In this document: positions 1-13,395 of the stretch, in pieces
Numbering within the stretch: position 1 is the stretch's first letter
Layout: every line of letters begins with the position of its first letter
Notes under the pieces: generated by a model
Seen by the model: the letters and a program-made list of their open reading frames with translations, nothing else
The model's database searches: none
Told to the model about the DNA's origin: nothing
Program-made: the position numbers and the translations under genes
NCBI GenBank assembly: GCA_951406725.2
Contig: OX597814.1
Location: 173,972,001 to 174,036,000, forward strand
Origin: Octopus vulgaris
Lineage: Eukaryota
Reading direction: 5' to 3'
DNA: 64,000 nucleotides

Positions 1-689
1 CCAAGGCAATGATGATTGGATATTGAAACAGCTGGCATTTTACCAACCATCTGTTTCATATATATTTAATTTAATTTTTTTAATATTAATTAAATATTTT
101 CATCATGTTTTTAATTTTATCTATTATTCTTTTGGCTTGGGAAATTTGGTTTACTTAACTTGAAAACTACAGGGAATCAGCAACTAGACTTACTGACAAC
201 TAATTTATTTTTTCTGTGATTAACTAGCTGTGTTAACAGAGGACCTAAATGCCATGCCCAATCTGTCACAGTCCTATTCTATTTAGTGATTCCATTAGTT
301 CTATTGAGCAATTTACAATAGAATTAGCTGTAATATTTCATTCATAAATTTTAATATGATCAAAGACTCTTCTTATTGCCCCTTCTCTTCTTCTATTACA
401 AATTTGTTGAATGACTCATAACTATAAAAAAGATTGGCATTAAGACTGCAGTAGACGTTATCACATGTCTAAACAATCAAATCATTTGTTTATTAATTTC
501 TTTCAAGAATACAAATTATGTGGTGGTGAAGGGGAAGAGCAGGAGCATTTTTGATATTCAAAATTCAGGCCTTTAGTTGACAGTAGGTTTTTTTTTGGAA
601 AACCAAATTCAAGAAACATTGTTTTTTATGAAAGGTCATCTTTACTAATTACTAAATGGATGCACTTATTATTCTAAATAAGGGAATGA

Positions 690-1410
690 ATTGAGAGAAT
701 TGTTAGAGCTTTGGACAAAGTGCCTTGTGGTATTCATTCTAGATCTTTATATTCTGAGTTCAAATCATGCCAAAGTCAATTTTGTCTTTCATCTTTCCAG
801 AGTTGATAAAATAAAGTATCATTCAAGTACTGGAGTCTATTTTGACTTACCTCAGCCACTATATTGTTGTGGTTTTGTGCCTCTGTTAGAAATTATTAAT
901 ATTCTAAATGCAGTGGCTAGGCAAAATTCATAGAGCACCAAACAAATTGCTTTGCTCTATTTAGTTATGTCCCTTTATGTTCTGCATTCAAATTCCAAGT
1001 CTATCATATTGAACATAGCCCTCCTATAGACTTTATTGAACTGATTTTTGCCAAAGCAGTCTACCAATATCTGCCTTTCGTTCTTCTGGTATATATAAAA
1101 TAAGTACAGGTCAAGCATTAGGTCAATATAAATGACTGCCCTCTCCCATCAAAAACAAATTTCCAGCCTTCTATCTACATTAGAAATTATTATTGCAAGG
1201 ATGGCGAATTAGCCAAATCATTGAAGTGTCAGGAAAAATGTGTTGCAATATTTGTCCTGACTCTTACATTCTTAGTTCAAATTCCAACATTGCTGTTTAT
1301 CTTTCCAGGTTTGATGAAAAATTTTAAAATAGTCAAATATTAAGGTCAATTTATATCAGCTTTCCATCTTACATACTAAAAATGTTTGACTTTGTGCTTA
1401 TGTATGAAAT
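690..1410 (+). mobile_element. Three degenerate tandem SINE-B copies
   Basis: Recurring ttctgagttcaaat..gataaaataagtac..tagaaattattat units. Similar old copies at about 2290-2460, 4930-5135, 26880-27095, 33740-33930 and 52135-52295. Confidence 0.7.
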
Positions 1411-2476
1411 TATTGTTGTTATTGCAACATGTCCCATTCATATCCTTTACAAGGTTTTAGTGGTGTAGTTGTAAAACTGTCCCAACTAAGAATTGAAACT
1501 TGGTTGCTGATTTGGCTTACTGACAACTTCAACACTATGCTATGTATAGCATACACCAATTATAAATCATTGAAAGTCTATTGTGGACTGACTGAACTCC
1601 CTGTAGGTAACACCTAAGAATGTTATCTGTTATCTGGTTGTTCTTCCAAAATATAATGATTCCCTTTGATAAGGAATAATGTTTCTATAGATGTTAGTTA
1701 GAAATATTTTGGTTCTCAGCTTCATCTTGTACTATACTAGATTGGAAAATTGAAATACTAAATGGAATAAGAATAAGAAGAAAAAAAATTACTAAGGTCA
1801 CTGTCTTTTCTGACATACTTTGTTAGTTTAAAAAAAATACCAAGGATTTCAGTAACTCAGGTACACCAAAACAACACACTAATTACCATATACTGTGTTT
1901 AATTTCAGAAACAAAATCTAACAATGATTTCTTCCAGCTGTTGTTGCTATTATACAGTAGCAGTACAGTTGTAAAGTAAGTAGTAATTATAGTAGTTAGT
2001 GTTGGAAACACAAATTCTCAACCAATCACTAAAATGAACTACCAAGGCTGGTAGGTAATTGAGGAACACACTGTGTATTGGTGCAGTCTTTATCAGTCTT
2101 GGAAATGGGTATTCAGTTGTTTGATTAACTGAATTCTTACTTGTAAAATTAGTGTGTACGTTTCTGAGTATTGCACAGTTGTGTGTACTATTAACACAAT
2201 TTTCTAGTTGAATTGGTGTAACATAATGTGACAGGGCTGGACTGTTGAATTACAGATATAATCCAGAAAGAGGGTGAAGAAAAAAAAAAGAAAAGAAACT
2301 GATCCCACTTCTGGGCTGGTAATTTTTTTTTTTAACCCTGAAAAAAATTAAAGGAAAATTTGACTTTGGGGAAATTTGAACTCAAAGTGCAGAGAACTGG
2401 AATGAATATTTTATGAGGCATTTGCTGAAATGGTCTAGGGATTATGCCAAATCACAGCCTTCACTCTGAGTGCTAG

Positions 2477-2477
<1 letters not shown>

Positions 2478-2507
<30 letters not shown>

Positions 2508-2872
2508 TATCGTTTAACGTCCGTTTTCCATGCTGGCATGCATTGGATGGTTTGACTGGGAAGTGGCAAACCAGGAAGCTGCACCAGGCTCCAATCTGAT
2601 CAGGCAATGTTTCTACAGCTGGATGCCCTTCTTAACACCAACCACTTTGAGAGTGTAGTGGTGCTTTTAATATGCCACCTGCATGGGAGCCAGTCAGGTG
2701 GGCCTGGCATCAATCATGTATGAATAGTGCTTTTTACATGCCACCGACACACGAGCCACTTGGTGGGGCACTAGGATCAGTCACATTCGGATGGTGCTCT
2801 TTATGTGCCACCAGCACAGGAGCCAGTTGGGGGGGCACTGGCATCAGCCACATTTGGATGGTGCTTATTACA
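2478..2872 (-). mobile_element. RTE 3'-tail copy
   Basis: (CAT)n + cgtttaacgtccgttttccatgc + repeated gtgctttt..tgccacc units, homologous to 9793-10250. Confidence 0.85.
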
Positions 2873-3333
2873 TTAATTAATTCTGTTTTGACTGAAAAAA
2901 TAGAGTTTTTCTTTTTTTCATATTTAATAATGCCAGCAATATTCTGTGTATCTAAAATATATGTAAGATAGCCAGTGATGCTATCATATGAAATTCCTTC
3001 TGCCAAATAATTTGTTTAATTTGTGTGTATATTTTAAAGATTGTGATGGTAAGGGTGGTTGTTTCACCACAAGTCAGTCATGATTAAAAAAAAATCTTGT
3101 GAACAAAATCATTCTAGCTATGACTCTTCCTCTAAAATGGTAATGGAGCAATTTGAGGAAGGTTTGGTTGTTTCTATCAAGTCAAGCAACCATGTCAACT
3201 TATATCATCATAGATATTGATATCTTACATTACTATAAGGCTACAAATTTGTTGTTAGGATAAAAGATTTAAACTAAGAACATAGAAAATGGGCTAAATT
3301 CTGAGAAAGATTTCTGATTCTCCACTGCCTTAA

Positions 3334-3544
3334 CCCTTTTGTTACCAACCCGGCTGAAACTGTTTCTGGCTCTGAGTACAAATGTCTTGTTTTCATAAGT
3401 TTTGAATTAAAATCTTCCACCAAACCTAAGTCACAATTTATACTAGCTGAATGATAACTATGTTATTTTACTAAATTATTTGTTATATTTAAAGTAATTG
3501 AAAGAAACACAGAACATCACAAAATAAATACAGTAATGAAAGGG
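3334..3544. mobile_element. piggyBac-type MITE family P1
   Basis: TTAA|ccctttt ... aaaggg|TTAA; near-identical copies elsewhere in the window. Confidence 0.85.
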
Positions 3545-6184
3545 TTAAATACAATGAATATTAACTGGAAATTTTCAACTTCATTTAGAAAATCAAAATT
3601 TTAAATAGAAAGTAATGAGGACTATAAGAAAAAAAAAGGAGAGTTTCTATACTTTATTATTTCAATAAAATTTATCATTTGTCCTGGCACTGATCCATAG
3701 AACCTCTGTAGTGTTGGTGGCCTGATAAAATGCCTAAGTTGCACTGTAAAATATTTGCTGATAGGAAACAAGACCATTCAGGCTTAAAAGCAAAGTCAAA
3801 ATTACCAATGCAACAACAAAGCTGGTCGGTTTTTCTCTGTTGCTGTGTGTCACATAATGAAAGACTGCACAGCCCATATCAGCTTGGAAAAACAGGTTTA
3901 ACATCATGAGTATGAAGGCGACAACAATGAATCGAGAATAATTTAATGTCATTAGAATAATAAAAAAATTTTCAGCAAAAACTACAAGATTTTTGCTAAT
4001 GGTATCATCAGGCAAATATCAAAGACTTATGCAGTCTATGTAAAACTTCGAATTTGAAGAAGTTACGTTTGCCATTTCTAATTTCCATTTGATAAACCTC
4101 ATATACTCAATGCCATGATGTGAGATGTTGTTTGCTGAATCTTAGATTAGCCTTGATCTAACAAACCTGTGATCAAATGTGTGTTTCGAGCTACTTCAGA
4201 TTATATTATGCAACATCTACTTGCCTTTTTTTTCCCGTTTATTATTTTTCCATAATGAGAAACAAGTGATTCAAGAGAGAATTGGTTGCTATTTCTGGCA
4301 GATTGAGCGACCACGTGGCTTCCTTCATTGACTCATAATGCAAGTGTAATTGTTTCATTAGTTACCCAAGCCTAGAAAGATTTATCAGCATTAATATAAA
4401 TTTAAAAAGCTGTTGTCATCAGCTGACCAAAGTATTCTCCCTTATACTAAATGTTGACATGTTTTTATGTCAGCTGAACAATCCAGCTGTTTACTTTGAC
4501 ACAGAAAACAATAGCTGGTCTCTTTGAACTAACAAGAATAAATTTCATCTAATCTAAGCTAATAAAGGGGAACTTACATGATTGCGCAATCTACCAGAAA
4601 TAGCAGTCAAATTTCTCTCAAATCACTCCTGTCATCTCAAAAAAAAAAAAAAAAAAAAGCTTATCTAGGACTACTTTACTTTAACTTATATATCTGAATA
4701 AAAGCTGGGATGATTGAGGATTAGAATTGCCTTAATCATCATTTTGTTCAATCAGGACAGATTTTGATTTAAACAACAACTATGTATAGACTCTTATTTT
4801 TAGATGGGTGCATGGATGAATGTATTACTAGGTAGATAAATGGACATGTGAATGAAATGTTACACAAACCCTCAGATATATAAATCTAAAACCAATTTCA
4901 TTGATTAGATTGTATTATAGTTAGAAATAAGGCAGTGAGCTGGCAGAAATGATAGCACACTCAACAAAATGCTTAGTGACATTTTGTCTGTCTTTACATT
5001 CAGAGTTCAAATTCCACCAAGATCAACTTTGCCTTTCAGTTCCAATAAAATAAGTACTGACTGAGTACTGGGGTCGATATAATCAATAGCTCCCCTCCTC
5101 CAAAATTGCAGTCCTTGTACCTATAGTAGAAAGAATTATTATAGTTAGAGCTGAGATTAACCCTTTTGAGATAATATTTCTATTACTGTGTTTCAATTAA
5201 GTTGAGAACAATCAAGAATTTGGAGCAAGCTTTGTGAAATAAGTACATTGTTAAGATGACATTCTGAACATGATTTTGTGAAATGTTGTTAAAACTATGG
5301 TGCAAAATTTTAATTTGAAAAGGGTTCACCTTAAACCATGAAATTTTGTATTAAAGAACTTCTTAAGCAGATTGGTATCAAAAGGTTTAAAACCAGTAAA
5401 GAGACATTAATACAATTCTACATTATTCTATTTTCTACTTCATTGTTTTGAGTACAAGTCTCATTTATGTTACCTTTACTATTTTATTTCTCTAGAATTG
5501 TTGTTTTAAGAACAAAGGCTTTTCTGCAGTGATCACTTCATTTATTTGTGTATCTAGGATTATATTGTTCTATGTGTTCTTCCTTTTGTCTTTTTATCGC
5601 AGCAGGGTGTTATTGAGGGAGATTTGTGTGTCATTTCTATCCTGTGATTTCAGGTTCAATCCCATATATGTTATGTTGGATAAGTGTCTTCTACTCTAGC
5701 TTGAGATTAAACAAAGCCTCATGAATGAAATTTGGTGGACAGAAGCTATGTGGACAGTTGTCAGTGTTTATGCTTTTGAGTGGCAAACTTAACCTTTTAT
5801 CTTGTTTTACACCAGCACATGGCCCTTGGGTACAATTAGCATAATACATGCTGTTGCAAGCTTCTGTGTTCTGTGTGTCCAGTTTGAAGATGACGTCTTC
5901 TTTTATTCTCATCAGTCTCAGACCCATGAAGATGGTCACAGGCACTGCTGTCCCCCGTTGTCAAAACTGGTTTTATGTGTAGTTAAATGGCACCTACATT
6001 TAGAATCCCTGAAAAATTTCATGCCTAGTTTAACACCTGGCCTTTTACCTGAGTTCTCCCTAGCATTCAGGCACTTACTGCTCACATTTTGTCTTCAGAG
6101 ATTTGGGCCTAGGCATTAACATCATAGATGCTAATGTTCATGGCTGTTTCCTGCACCATCTTCACATAGAAGCCCCAGCCCATC

Positions 6185-6621
6185 CAACGTACCTTGGATC
6201 GCAGGACGGCCTGCTGTGCTTACCTTGGATCATAAGGCGACCTGCTGTGCTTGTGGAGACCTATTGATCAAGTACATCAACATCAAAAAATCAAATGGAC
6301 ATTTTAGTTGTGATACCTGTGCTGGTGGCACGTGAAAAGCACCATCCGAACGTGACCAATGCCAGTGCCGCCTTGACTTGCTCCTGTGCCAGTGGCACGT
6401 AAAAAGCACCAACTGATCGTGGCCGTTGCCAGCCTCCCCTGGCATGTAAAAAGTACCCACTACACTCACGGAGTGGTTGGTGTTAGGAAGGGCATCCAGC
6501 TGTAGAAACACTGCCAGATCAGACTGGAGCCTGGTGCAACATCCTGGCTTCCCAGACCCCGGTCGAACCGTCCAACCCATGCTAGCATGGAAAATGGACG
6601 TTAAACGTTGATGATGATGAT
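6185..6621 (+). mobile_element. RTE 3'-tail copy
   Basis: Same family; ends gcatggaaaatggacgttaaacgttgatgatgatga. Confidence 0.85.
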
Positions 6622-6973
6622 CTCACAAACCTGAAAGGGTCAGTAAAATTCATGAGCACTGTTCCAATTATAAATTTCCAAAAGGTTGTTGTTTTGTTTC
6701 TATTTTACAGTACTCAATCAGTCTGGTCCCTTTTTGTTTTTTCCATCTGCACCTACCGCAACTCCTTATTGCTTCAGTGCTACTACATGCCCTTAATTTT
6801 TTTGTTCTCAACTGTAACTTCCTCAGATACTCTTCCTCTTCTGTCAACTATATAACACCCACTTCCAGTCATCCTTAATCCTATTTTTGCACTGTTCCTA
6901 AATTACCTCTCTGCAGGATTTCTTTTAATAGATATCCTTGTCTTTGAAACCTAAAATATGCGTGTGTGTGTAT

Positions 6974-7007
<34 letters not shown>

Positions 7008-7690
7008 TAGAAGGAGAGAGAAAGAGAGAAAAAAAAGATGTGTTTTGCACATGTCTATGTTTTTGTGTGTAAGAACTTGTGCTTATGCATGTGTCTGTGC
7101 ATATGCACATGTCCCTGAGTATGTGTATCTCTCTCTCTCTCTAACTATAACTGTTCTGGTATTTTTATACCTCATAAGTAAGAAAGGTAGCAGAGTAACA
7201 GTAGAAACTGGATTGTTCTTCAGCAATCTTGCCTTTAGTTCTTTTTTTTTTTACTGTCAGCTGAACACTGTTTCTAAATATTGCCTGCCTCTTTCTACCA
7301 GACACATCTATACTTGTGCTTGTTTGTGTTTGTGTGAAAATGTAAATGGCACTGAAATGTTAATTTCTTTATGAAAAATTCTCTCATTTTCATTAAGTTC
7401 TTCTTTTGTAATTTACTCTCTTGTAGAACACACACACACACACACACTTTCTCTCTTTCTCTCTGATACAATTAACACAATGTCTGGTTTAACACCACCA
7501 CCTAGTCCTAGGGTGCCATTAGCCCATTCCACACATTTTTCTTGCAGACATTCAGGCTGGGCATCAACCACATCAAACTCCCCAATTTTGGCAGACTTCC
7601 AAAGGGGAAACTGCCCCTTCTTCCCTGAACTGCTTATAAAACAAAAACAAAGGCAAAAGAAAAAAAAAGAAAGCAAAAAGTGAAAACTCA

Positions 7691-7855
7691 TGCACAGGAG
7701 TGGCTGTGTGGTAAGTAGCTTGCTTACCAACCACATGGTTCTGGGTTCAGTCCCACTGTGTGGCACTTTGGGCTAGTGTCTTCTACTATAGCCTCAGGCC
7801 AACCAAAGCTTTGTGAGTGGATTTAGTAGACGGAAACTGAAAGAAGCCCGTCGTA

Positions 7856-7886
<31 letters not shown>

Positions 7887-8112
7887 CTGTATGTGTGTGT
7901 GTGTGTATATTTTTGTGTGTCTGTGTTTGTCCCCCAACATAGCTTGACAACCGATGCTGGTGTGTTTACATCCCCATAACTTAGCGGTTCGGCAAAAGAG
8001 ACTGAGAGAATAAGTACTAGGCTTCCAAAGAATAAGTCCTGGGCTCGATTTACTCAACTAAAGGTGGTGCTCCAGCATGGCCACAGTCAAATGACTGAAA
8101 CAAGTAAAAGAA
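7691..8112 (+). mobile_element. tRNA-derived SINE family A (internal (TA)n/(TG)n)
   Basis: Head ggagtggctgtgtggtaag..ggttcagtccc (pol III A/B-box-like), CORE-like ttgggcaagtg, tail gactgaaacaagtaaaag. Confidence 0.9.
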
Positions 8113-8710
8113 AGAGAGAGAGAGAAAAGAGTTTTACTTACATCATGCAATATCCTTCTAAACTTAAAAAAAAAACATACAAGTGCCTATAATGTTGGCC
8201 TTGACAAATGTGTTACACTGCTTTTTCATTACTAGCTTCACTGACATATTTTAAAACGCCATAAAATACTATAAAATTGTGTACTTTTGTAGTTGTGATA
8301 CATGCAGACACAAATATATAGCAAAGAATGAGGGAACTCCCTGGCAGGCTATGTGGAAATGAAATAGAAGCTATGCACTTAGTCCAAAGAGTAAATAACT
8401 CAGATGTTATCTTTATGAAAAATAATAGTTCAATTTGTGTTGAGAGAATTAATAACGAGCCTGTAAGAAATATTAGTCAATGACTAAGCATTTTTTTTTT
8501 TTGCTTACTTTTTCAAATATAAAATGTAACTCCTGACATGTTTTGATTTTATTTTGAGCTCAACAGTAGAGCATAGTCTTCACTGTACTTACTGTTGTAA
8601 TGATGGCAGAATCAAGTGAATATAAATAGACAAGACTATACATTGGTTTACTTGAGAAAACAGAATTCTTCAGAAAATAAATAATACCAATACGCTAACC
8701 ATACGAAAAA

Positions 8711-8878
8711 TACTCTTTTACTTGTTTCATCCCCGTAACTTAGCGGTTCGGCAAAAGAGACTGATAGAATAAGTACTAGGCTTCCAAAGAATAAGTCTTG
8801 GGGTCAATTTGGTAGACTAAAGGTGGTGCTCCAGCATGGCCACTGTCAAATGACCGAAACAAGTAAAAGAGTAAGAGT
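8711..8878 (+). mobile_element. 5'-truncated SINE-A with an inverted copy of its own tail at the 5' end
   Basis: tactcttttacttgtttc (8711-8728) is the reverse complement of gaaacaagtaaaagagta (8856-8873). Confidence 0.8.
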
Positions 8879-9738
8879 ATAGTAGCTATTGTTGGTAATG
8901 GTGATGGTGTTTAAGCTTTGGTTATCCCTAACTGACAAGACTTATGATTAAAGATGCTCCAATTGTGATCATCCAACCTTTATTGGTCAAGTATTGAGTA
9001 TCTAGGACTACATTATCTAATGTCATCTTCCCTTTTTATGACATTTGGGTATGATTTGAGGGAGATTAGACTGATATTTTTCACAGGTCATGGACCATGT
9101 AGAGGCTCTCTAACTGGTTCACTATAACAGAAGTATAACTTGGATATAGCCAATGATAGTCAACCCGCATATCTGATACACTCAAATATTCTCTGGCATA
9201 TCTGCAGTGTCTGCATGTGCCTATGTGTATATGTCATATGTGCATCCTTGTGTGTGTTATATGCATTATTTATGAGCACACACATGCATACAGACAGCCA
9301 CATACAGTTATATATTTTGCAAACATGTAAGCTGATATCTACATGAACTCATACATATGTATATTTAGACAATTGCATGTATGTGTGCTTTCATAGATAA
9401 TGCATACAAAGATAAATATTGTGCCTCAGGGAATATTAAAAGCATTCCCGTTTTACAGTTGTAAATATAAAAGTCTCCATTGCGATTAGTTTTCTATTGG
9501 TCAGCCTATATTACTCCTCTTTCTCTCAATCCATCCTTCCTTCCTCTCCCAAATATCCTTTATAAATCGTATAATAACTGTTAATGATAATTATACATCA
9601 TTGATGATCATGATCATTCTTTAATTGCCAAAGAAGTGCAAACAAGACAAAAATCAAACAATACAATTGATTTCTCTTGTTGGCAAGAGATCACAAATTG
9701 ATAAGGGAATTATAGCTACCAGTTAGATTAAAACTACC

Positions 9739-9773
<35 letters not shown>

Positions 9774-9792
9774 TATATATATATATAAATAT

Positions 9793-10757
9793 ATCATTAT
9801 CGTTTAACATCCGTTTTCCATGCTGGCATGGGTTGGATGATTTGACCGGGGATTGGCAAGCCAGTAGGCTGCACCAGGATCCAGTCTGATCTGACAAGGT
9901 TTCTACGGCTGGATGCCCTTCCTAACGCCAACCACTCCAAGAGTGTAGAGGGTGCTTTTTATGTGCCACCAGCATGGGAGCCAGTCAGGTGGAACTGGCA
10001 TCAACTGCGATTGAATAGTGCTTTTTACATGCCACCAGCACAGGAGCCACTTGATGGGGAGAACTGGTATCGACCACATTCAGATAGTGCTTTTTATGTG
10101 CCACCAGCATGGGGAGCCAGTCAGGTGACTCTGGCATCGACCCATGCTTCAATGGTGCTTATTACATGCCACCAGCACAGGTGCCAGTCAGGTGGCACTG
10201 ACATCGGCCACAACTACAATTTCCATTTTGATTTCAGTCTTGATTTGATTTTGATTTTACTCAACTCAATAGGTCTTCTCAAGCGCAGTGTATCACCCGA
10301 TGATTCAAGGATACTTTTAAATGGGCTGGTTATGCAACACTGCTATAGGCTACAGCTGTGATCTTACTTTACTTGCCAGGTCTTCTCAATCACAGCATAT
10401 CTCCAAAGGTCACAGTCTCTTGTCATTGCCTCTGTGAGGCCCAATGTTTGAAGATTGTGCTTCACCACCTCATCCCATGTCTTCCCGAGTTTCCCTCTTC
10501 CACAGGTTCCTTCTGCTGTTAGGGTGTGACACTTCTTCACACAGCTCTCCTCATCCATACACAGCACATGACCATACCAGCACAGACATCTCTCTTGTAC
10601 ACCACATCTAATGCTTCTTATGTCCAACATTTCTCTCAGGATACTTACACTCTGACGTGTGCAGACTGACATTATAAATCCAGTGGATCATTCTAGCTTC
10701 ATTTCTTTCAAGCCTATGTATGTTCCCAACAGTGATGGCCCATGTTTCACTATCTTG
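9793..10757 (-). mobile_element. 5'-truncated RTE-clade LINE (ORF C-terminus, repeat-containing 3'UTR, ATG-repeat tail)
   Basis: ORF 10364-10672 ERCLCWYGHVLCM..GRGKLGKTWDEVVKHNL..DLWR matches the RTE 'RLRWYGHVxR..GRPxKTW' C-terminus and runs directly into the GTGCCACCAGCAC-repeat tail. Confidence 0.9.
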
Positions 10758-10759
10758 TA

Positions 10760-11291
10760 CCTTTCCCATCGAGTGAACCTTCTAAACCTTTCCTGTTGAG
10801 TGAAAATGCTTCCTTATAGTAGTGTGGGAGCATTCCATTTTCTCTGCCAGTTCCCTGTCGTTTGACAAGAATTTTCGTGCAAAAGTTGGTTTAATCGCTC
10901 TTTATTGAACTCAACTGGACGGTCAGAACAAGGTGCAACTTTGAGGTCAAAATTTCCATTTTTGAACTTGGCATACCAATCACAAGTGGTTTTTTCAGCT
11001 ATGGTACCCTCTCCATACACAGCATAAATGTCACGAGCAGCTTTTGCAGCCTTAGAACCTTGATTAAAAGTAAAAAGAGGTGTCAAAAATGCTCGTTTTT
11101 CTTAACTTGACATTCCATTTTAATGATCTGAAAATAAACAAAAATTAACTAGAAAAAAAACAAACAAAATAGATTCCAAAATGATTCAAAAATAGAATTC
11201 TCGAAAAAAAAAAAATAGATTCTAAAATTTAAAAATGCAATAAATTCCAAAATTTAAAAAAAACGGCAGGAACTTAGTCGCCAACCCAATA
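10760..11291 (-). mobile_element. Mariner transposon 5' fragment
   Basis: ORF 10814-11086 KAAKAARDIYAVYGEGTIAEKTTCDWYAKFKNGNFDLK..DRPVEF (mariner HTH); TIR-like ggaacttagtcgccaacccaata at about 11269-11291. Confidence 0.85.
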
Positions 11292-11770
11292 AATGCTTGC
11301 AATTGAGTGAACTTTACTAAAGATACCTATGAGCTAGGATATGGTGTTAAGCCAAGTGGCACAATATATGTATCCCCATCCTAAAAAAGGGGAGGCTATA
11401 TTCCATACACAACAGAACTACATTTACCAAATAATGACCCGGAGTCAGATGTATGTGTGTGTGTAAATGTCACACAATTTTGCCTTTCCTGCTCTTTAAA
11501 TTTGATGCTTTGTGTGGCTGTGTGAAAATTCAACAAACAGCCATTATAAGAGCAACTACATAATACTGTTTCCTTGTTTGTTGTCCTTTACTTTCTCTGT
11601 AAAGAAAGCTATGTTTGGTTGTTGGGTACTAAACCCAAGAAAGTCTGTTACGTTCTTTAGCTTCAGTTCTGCCTTCATCAAGCAGACTGTGTGATCAAAG
11701 ACATTCTGTGAATATTCCATATTCTTAAGAGTGTGAGAAGGATACATTATCAAATTTTTTTCTTTTTTAA

Positions 11771-11990
11771 CCCTTTCGTTACCAACCCGGCTGAACCCAG
11801 CTCTGGCTCTGAATACAAATGTTTTGTTTTCATAAGTTTTGAATTAAAATCTTCCACCAAACCTTAGACACAATTTATGTTCCTAACATTAACTGAATGA
11901 TAACTAAGTTATTTAACTAAATTCTTTGTTATATTTAAAGTAATTGAAAGAAACACAAAGCATCTCAAAATAAATACAGTAACAGAAGGG
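11771..11990. mobile_element. piggyBac-type MITE P1
   Basis: TTAA|ccctttcgttaccaacccggctg ... gaaggg|TTAA. Confidence 0.85.
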
Positions 11991-13095
11991 TTAAATATCA
12001 TATTGTGTAATCAAAGAAAATTTGGCTGTTACTTTTAGTATAACAAACAACCAAGCAGTGTCCACTCCCCACTACACACACACACATTGGCTTCTGTAAT
12101 GTTACATGATGTAGTATCCTTTCTTTATAAAGCAACAACAATGAAAAATACTGATTTAACTCATTGTCATTTATTAACTACTATTACTGCTAACATTAAC
12201 ATCAACACCACTTACTCAAATTACTAAATCTACATCAGCTAATGACATTCTGGATATTGACTGATGTATAAGCAATAGTTAAGTTAGCTTGTTAATAATC
12301 CCAGTATTAAATGTTAACTCTAAGTCTGGCTCTAGAGAGTATGTGTTGTTATAATTTCTGTATCTTAAATGTATCTGCAGCTTGACATCAGTTTCCAGTT
12401 GGAACTATTTCAATTGCGTTTTGAATACACTTGTGGATACTGGATTACTGTAATAAAATGCTTGTATAGATGGTTTGATTGCTTGTTCAAATCCACTTCA
12501 AGCATTTCAGGATCTTCCTTCTTCTTTTTTTCTTTTTTTTTTCCTTTTTTTTAAATTTCTGGACTGAACATTTTATTCTACATTGCTCTCTTCACTTAGC
12601 TGTTGAGAATTTTGTCTGAGATAAACTGGCATCCTATCCCAAAGCAGGGTTTATTTTCTGAGCCTTTGCTAGAAATAACAAGCAAATTCTTTTAGATCAT
12701 ACCCTATAGATTTAAAGAAATATTGGACATGTTAAACAATCTTGTCTTAGATTGAAGTATGGGATGGTTGAGGTAGGCAGTCCTTTGTTCATAGACTATC
12801 CCTATCAGGACTCAGCTGGGGGTTAAACAGCAACAACTATCTCTTATTTACTTAAAGGCATGAGATCAGAGCTTGGTACTGGCCCTTAAAAGCTCCTTCT
12901 AGCATAGGAAAGATTTGCATTTCTTGAGATAGATGTGAATATTACTCCTTGTTGCAGGATGAAACCTGAGAAGTTAAAGAGTTTTGAAACTTTGCTATGG
13001 AAATAAAGTCTCTGTTTGAGTCTTGCATATGCACATGTATTTTTGCGTGATATTTATGTATATATGTATGCATGCATGTATCCTCATTATCATTC

Positions 13096-13395
13096 CGGAG
13101 GCACATGGCCTAGTGGTTAGAGCAGCAGACTTGCGGTCGAGGGATCGCGGGTTCGAATCTCAGACCAGGCGATGTGTGTGTTTATGAGCGAAACACCTAA
13201 GCTCCACGCAGCTCTGGCAGAAGGTAATGGTGAACTTCTGCTGACTCTTTCGTCACAACTTTCTCTCACTCTTTCCTCCTGCATCTTGCAGCTCACCTGT
13301 GACGGACCAGCATCCCGTCCAAGTGGGGAACCTATACGCCAAGGAAACCGGGAAGCCGGCCCTTATGAGCCAGGCATGGCTTGAGAAGGAACAAA
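13096..13395 (+). mobile_element. tRNA-derived SINE family C1 with 11-bp TSD
   Basis: tRNA-like head tggcctagtggttagagcagc..ggttcgaatc; TSD cattatcattc at 13085-13095 and 13396-13406. Confidence 0.9.

Noticed and set aside
7480-7683. 67-aa ORF MSGLTPPPSPR..
   Set aside because: No recognisable homology and no usable splice donor; it sits between a microsatellite and a SINE.
13097-13170. tRNA-like sequence (also 58975-59046 on the minus strand)
   Set aside because: It is a SINE head, continuous with the SINE body and flanked by a TSD; the acceptor stem is incomplete.
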